From Sphagnum compactum (Eukaryota), in contig OZ234493.1 in assembly GCA_965153455.1 (NCBI GenBank), forward strand, positions 17,412,213 through 17,476,212: a DNA stretch of 64,000 nt, given 5' to 3'. Both the position numbers and the translations under genes were made by a program. The notes below the pieces were generated by a model. The model ran no database searches and was not told where the DNA came from. It saw nothing but the letters and a program-made list of their open reading frames with translations. Positions 61,707 to 64,000 of the stretch are shown here, one piece after another. Position 1 is the first letter of the stretch. Every line of letters starts with the position of its first letter.

Positions 61707-63538
61707 ATGGCTACGGAGGGACATCGATGCGATATATGCGCATGGACTCTCCAACCGGGCACAGATGTCGAGCAACACAATTCCGGATTGCTGCATCGGA
61801 CATTGTTGGACGCTTCCGCACGCCTCACGCCTGAGGAGTTTGGAAGGTTTCGCCAGAGGGTGGCTTTAGACAGTCCCAAGAAAGGCAGAACTTGCTTGAA
61901 GCAAGTAATCAAGCAAGCATTGAAGGCTGCGCTGCAGGTATGGCTTCCTTTTTTACACCAATGTTTTTTATTTTGATGCATTTGCTGTCCGAGCAATCTC
62001 GTCAATGGATGTTGCTGTGTGACAGGGTCAACTTCCTGGGCTCGGAGCCCTTGCGTTGTGGGAAGAGCCCAGACCATTGGCGACGAAAGACGGGGATGCA
62101 TTGCAAGCGGTCGATGGATCGGATGGCATTGTGGTGGTGGAGGAGCCTTGCGATTGGTTAGCATTTCTAAAATCTCGTAAAAGCTGAATGGATAATTGTG
62201 TTTTTGATTTAACACTCGCTCGAAATCGTAATCCATCTCACTAGATTTTGTGGATTCCTCGCAGGAATATCAAACTGCATTCTACGAAATATTGGGGTCC
62301 CGGTGAGAGTGCTTGGATCATCCGGCATTTTCGCAGCGAAGGGCACAGTGTCCCTGGCTCCATGCGGCAAGTGATAGGGCTCGGACACGCAATTTCCGAC
62401 GAAGGGCAAAACAAGGGAACATATCCCAATCTCCGTGATTTCAAAGAACTGAGTGAAGATTGCATGCTCATTTACCACGGAGAAATGGTGGCAATCCTTT
62501 TGCATGGGTTTGTTCCCTCTACGGAAGCGTCGGAGCATCTTCAAACATTGGGATATTTGTTTCAACACGGCGGCACTATCTCCCGGTCCTGTTCTCGGGA
62601 GTCTAGAATGGCGCTGTTCGGGCATAGATTTTGCCGTTTCGATCTTACCGTGGATAGGTCTGCACCCTTCCACTGCCCAAACTCAGTTTATGCATGCTAT
62701 AATTTAAATAACTTTTTTTCTCCTGATGCCTGGTTTTCTTTTCTTTAGGTACCAGCACCCTACAAAAAATGCTAAAAATAAGAAAACTTACTCGCAAGAA
62801 GAATTGGAACGCTTCGCAGATGCTTGGGCCCCCGAGTTTGTGGAGAAGAATCTACGTCCCCAGTTGACATCCTGGCTCCAAGAATTGGACGGCTTCTTCC
62901 CGGAACAATTGCCCTTTGGCACTTCTCGGATCGGGAGGACTTGTTTTACGGCGATGACAGTCACGGAGAACTACCATTCGACGCCGCACACGGACAGGGA
63001 CCTGTCTAATTCTATGATTTCCTGGTTCTTAGAAAGTAAGTGTGTTTTGCTGCATGTGTCTGTTTCAAAGATTTCGAGCTTTTTGGAAAAACAAAAAAAA
63101 GGGAATTTAATTTGTCGAACTCCATCTTGACACCCCACAATTGTGAACATGTTTGGAGCTTGAACAGGAGAAGCAGAATCCGGAGGGGAATTTGCATTTC
63201 CTGCGCACGGAATGTTTTTCAAACCCCGACATGGGATAATCATCCTATTCCGATCTGGGTGGCTTCAGCATTGCATAATGCCCGTCTTAGACCGAAGACG
63301 ACAATTGGGCTGTGCGTTGTACCTTAGGAAGCAGACGTTGACCCATTATGTGGCTCGACAAGCTGATTTGTCTCGAATCAACGAGGCTTTGAACGAATCA
63401 ATGAGGAAAAAAAGTTGCATGAGAAGGCGAGGGAAAAGAACAATGGGCCCGCTTAAAGGTGCTTTGCGTTTGACTTATCGCGGTGGCACCATAGATGTTA
63501 ATGACGAGGCAGGATCCAGTGATGAATCCTTCGAATAG
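61707..63538 (+). CDS. Zinc-finger + TET/JBP-like 2OG-Fe(II) dioxygenase, 470 aa; exons 61707-61937, 62026-62156, 62265-62657, 62749-63035, 63168-63538
   Basis: All four GT-AG introns join in phase with no stop (1413 nt). N-terminal CxxC..QH..G..H finger; NYHSTPHTDRD (HxD), GGEFAFP, GIIILF, LQHC (distal His), RQLGCALY (2OG-binding Arg). Confidence 0.8.
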
Positions 63539-64000
63539 CTAGGTGTTTATTCGCTAAATAGCTTGGCCTTTTATAATAATTGCAAAATTTTCTAGCAAGT
63601 AAAACAATTTTGGGAATCTTTTACAGGATTTTAGCAAGAAAAAAAGATGATAATTAACCAAAATGAACTTGGATTAATTATTAGTTTTCTCTTTTAGCAT
63701 CCAGAAATTTAACCAAGTGAAAATTCTGCATGGCATATATCAAGGGCTTATAAAGGGCATAAAACCCCTATTGTTATTCAATTAATTTTGAGGAATGGAA
63801 AATTAGCTTTTAAAAATGAAAAAAACATGTATTAATTATTTCAACTACTCAATTTTTGCAAATATGTATGCACTAAATAATAGTGTTAGGGTTCTTGCTC
63901 AATTTGGCTGGGTAGAACCATCAGTTCTAAATAGTAAAAACTATATCAAAACTGGGTTTGATTTCTAGAACCAAAATCAGCCATTAGGTTTGGGTTTTAA

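Overview
Eukaryotic, repeat-rich land-plant DNA. A bryophyte or moss is likely (inference from spliceosomal introns, plant gene fragments and a MurA exon). Most of the window is a mosaic of tandem repeats, LTR/LINE/MITE debris and isolated host-gene exons: FKBP, MurA x3, PHO1, 5'-nucleotidase, myosin XI, LRR receptor, a 3'-truncated Rubisco activase, and a Dicer-like exon x3. Two things stand out. (1) An intronless, GC-rich 1,588-codon frame at 3801-8567, broken only by two stops each explicable as one C>T change. It fuses C2H2 zinc fingers, a cryptic tyrosine-recombinase catalytic domain, a RecQ helicase and Cys/His knuckles. The architecture resembles fungal telomere-linked helicases and suggests a YR+helicase mobile element. 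(2) An apparently intact five-exon gene at 61707-63538 encoding a zinc-finger + TET/JBP-like 2OG-Fe(II) dioxygenase. A diverged paralog exon lies at 36061, and both copies are preceded by a hairpin with a compensatory base change. All family assignments come from motif recognition by eye, not database searches.
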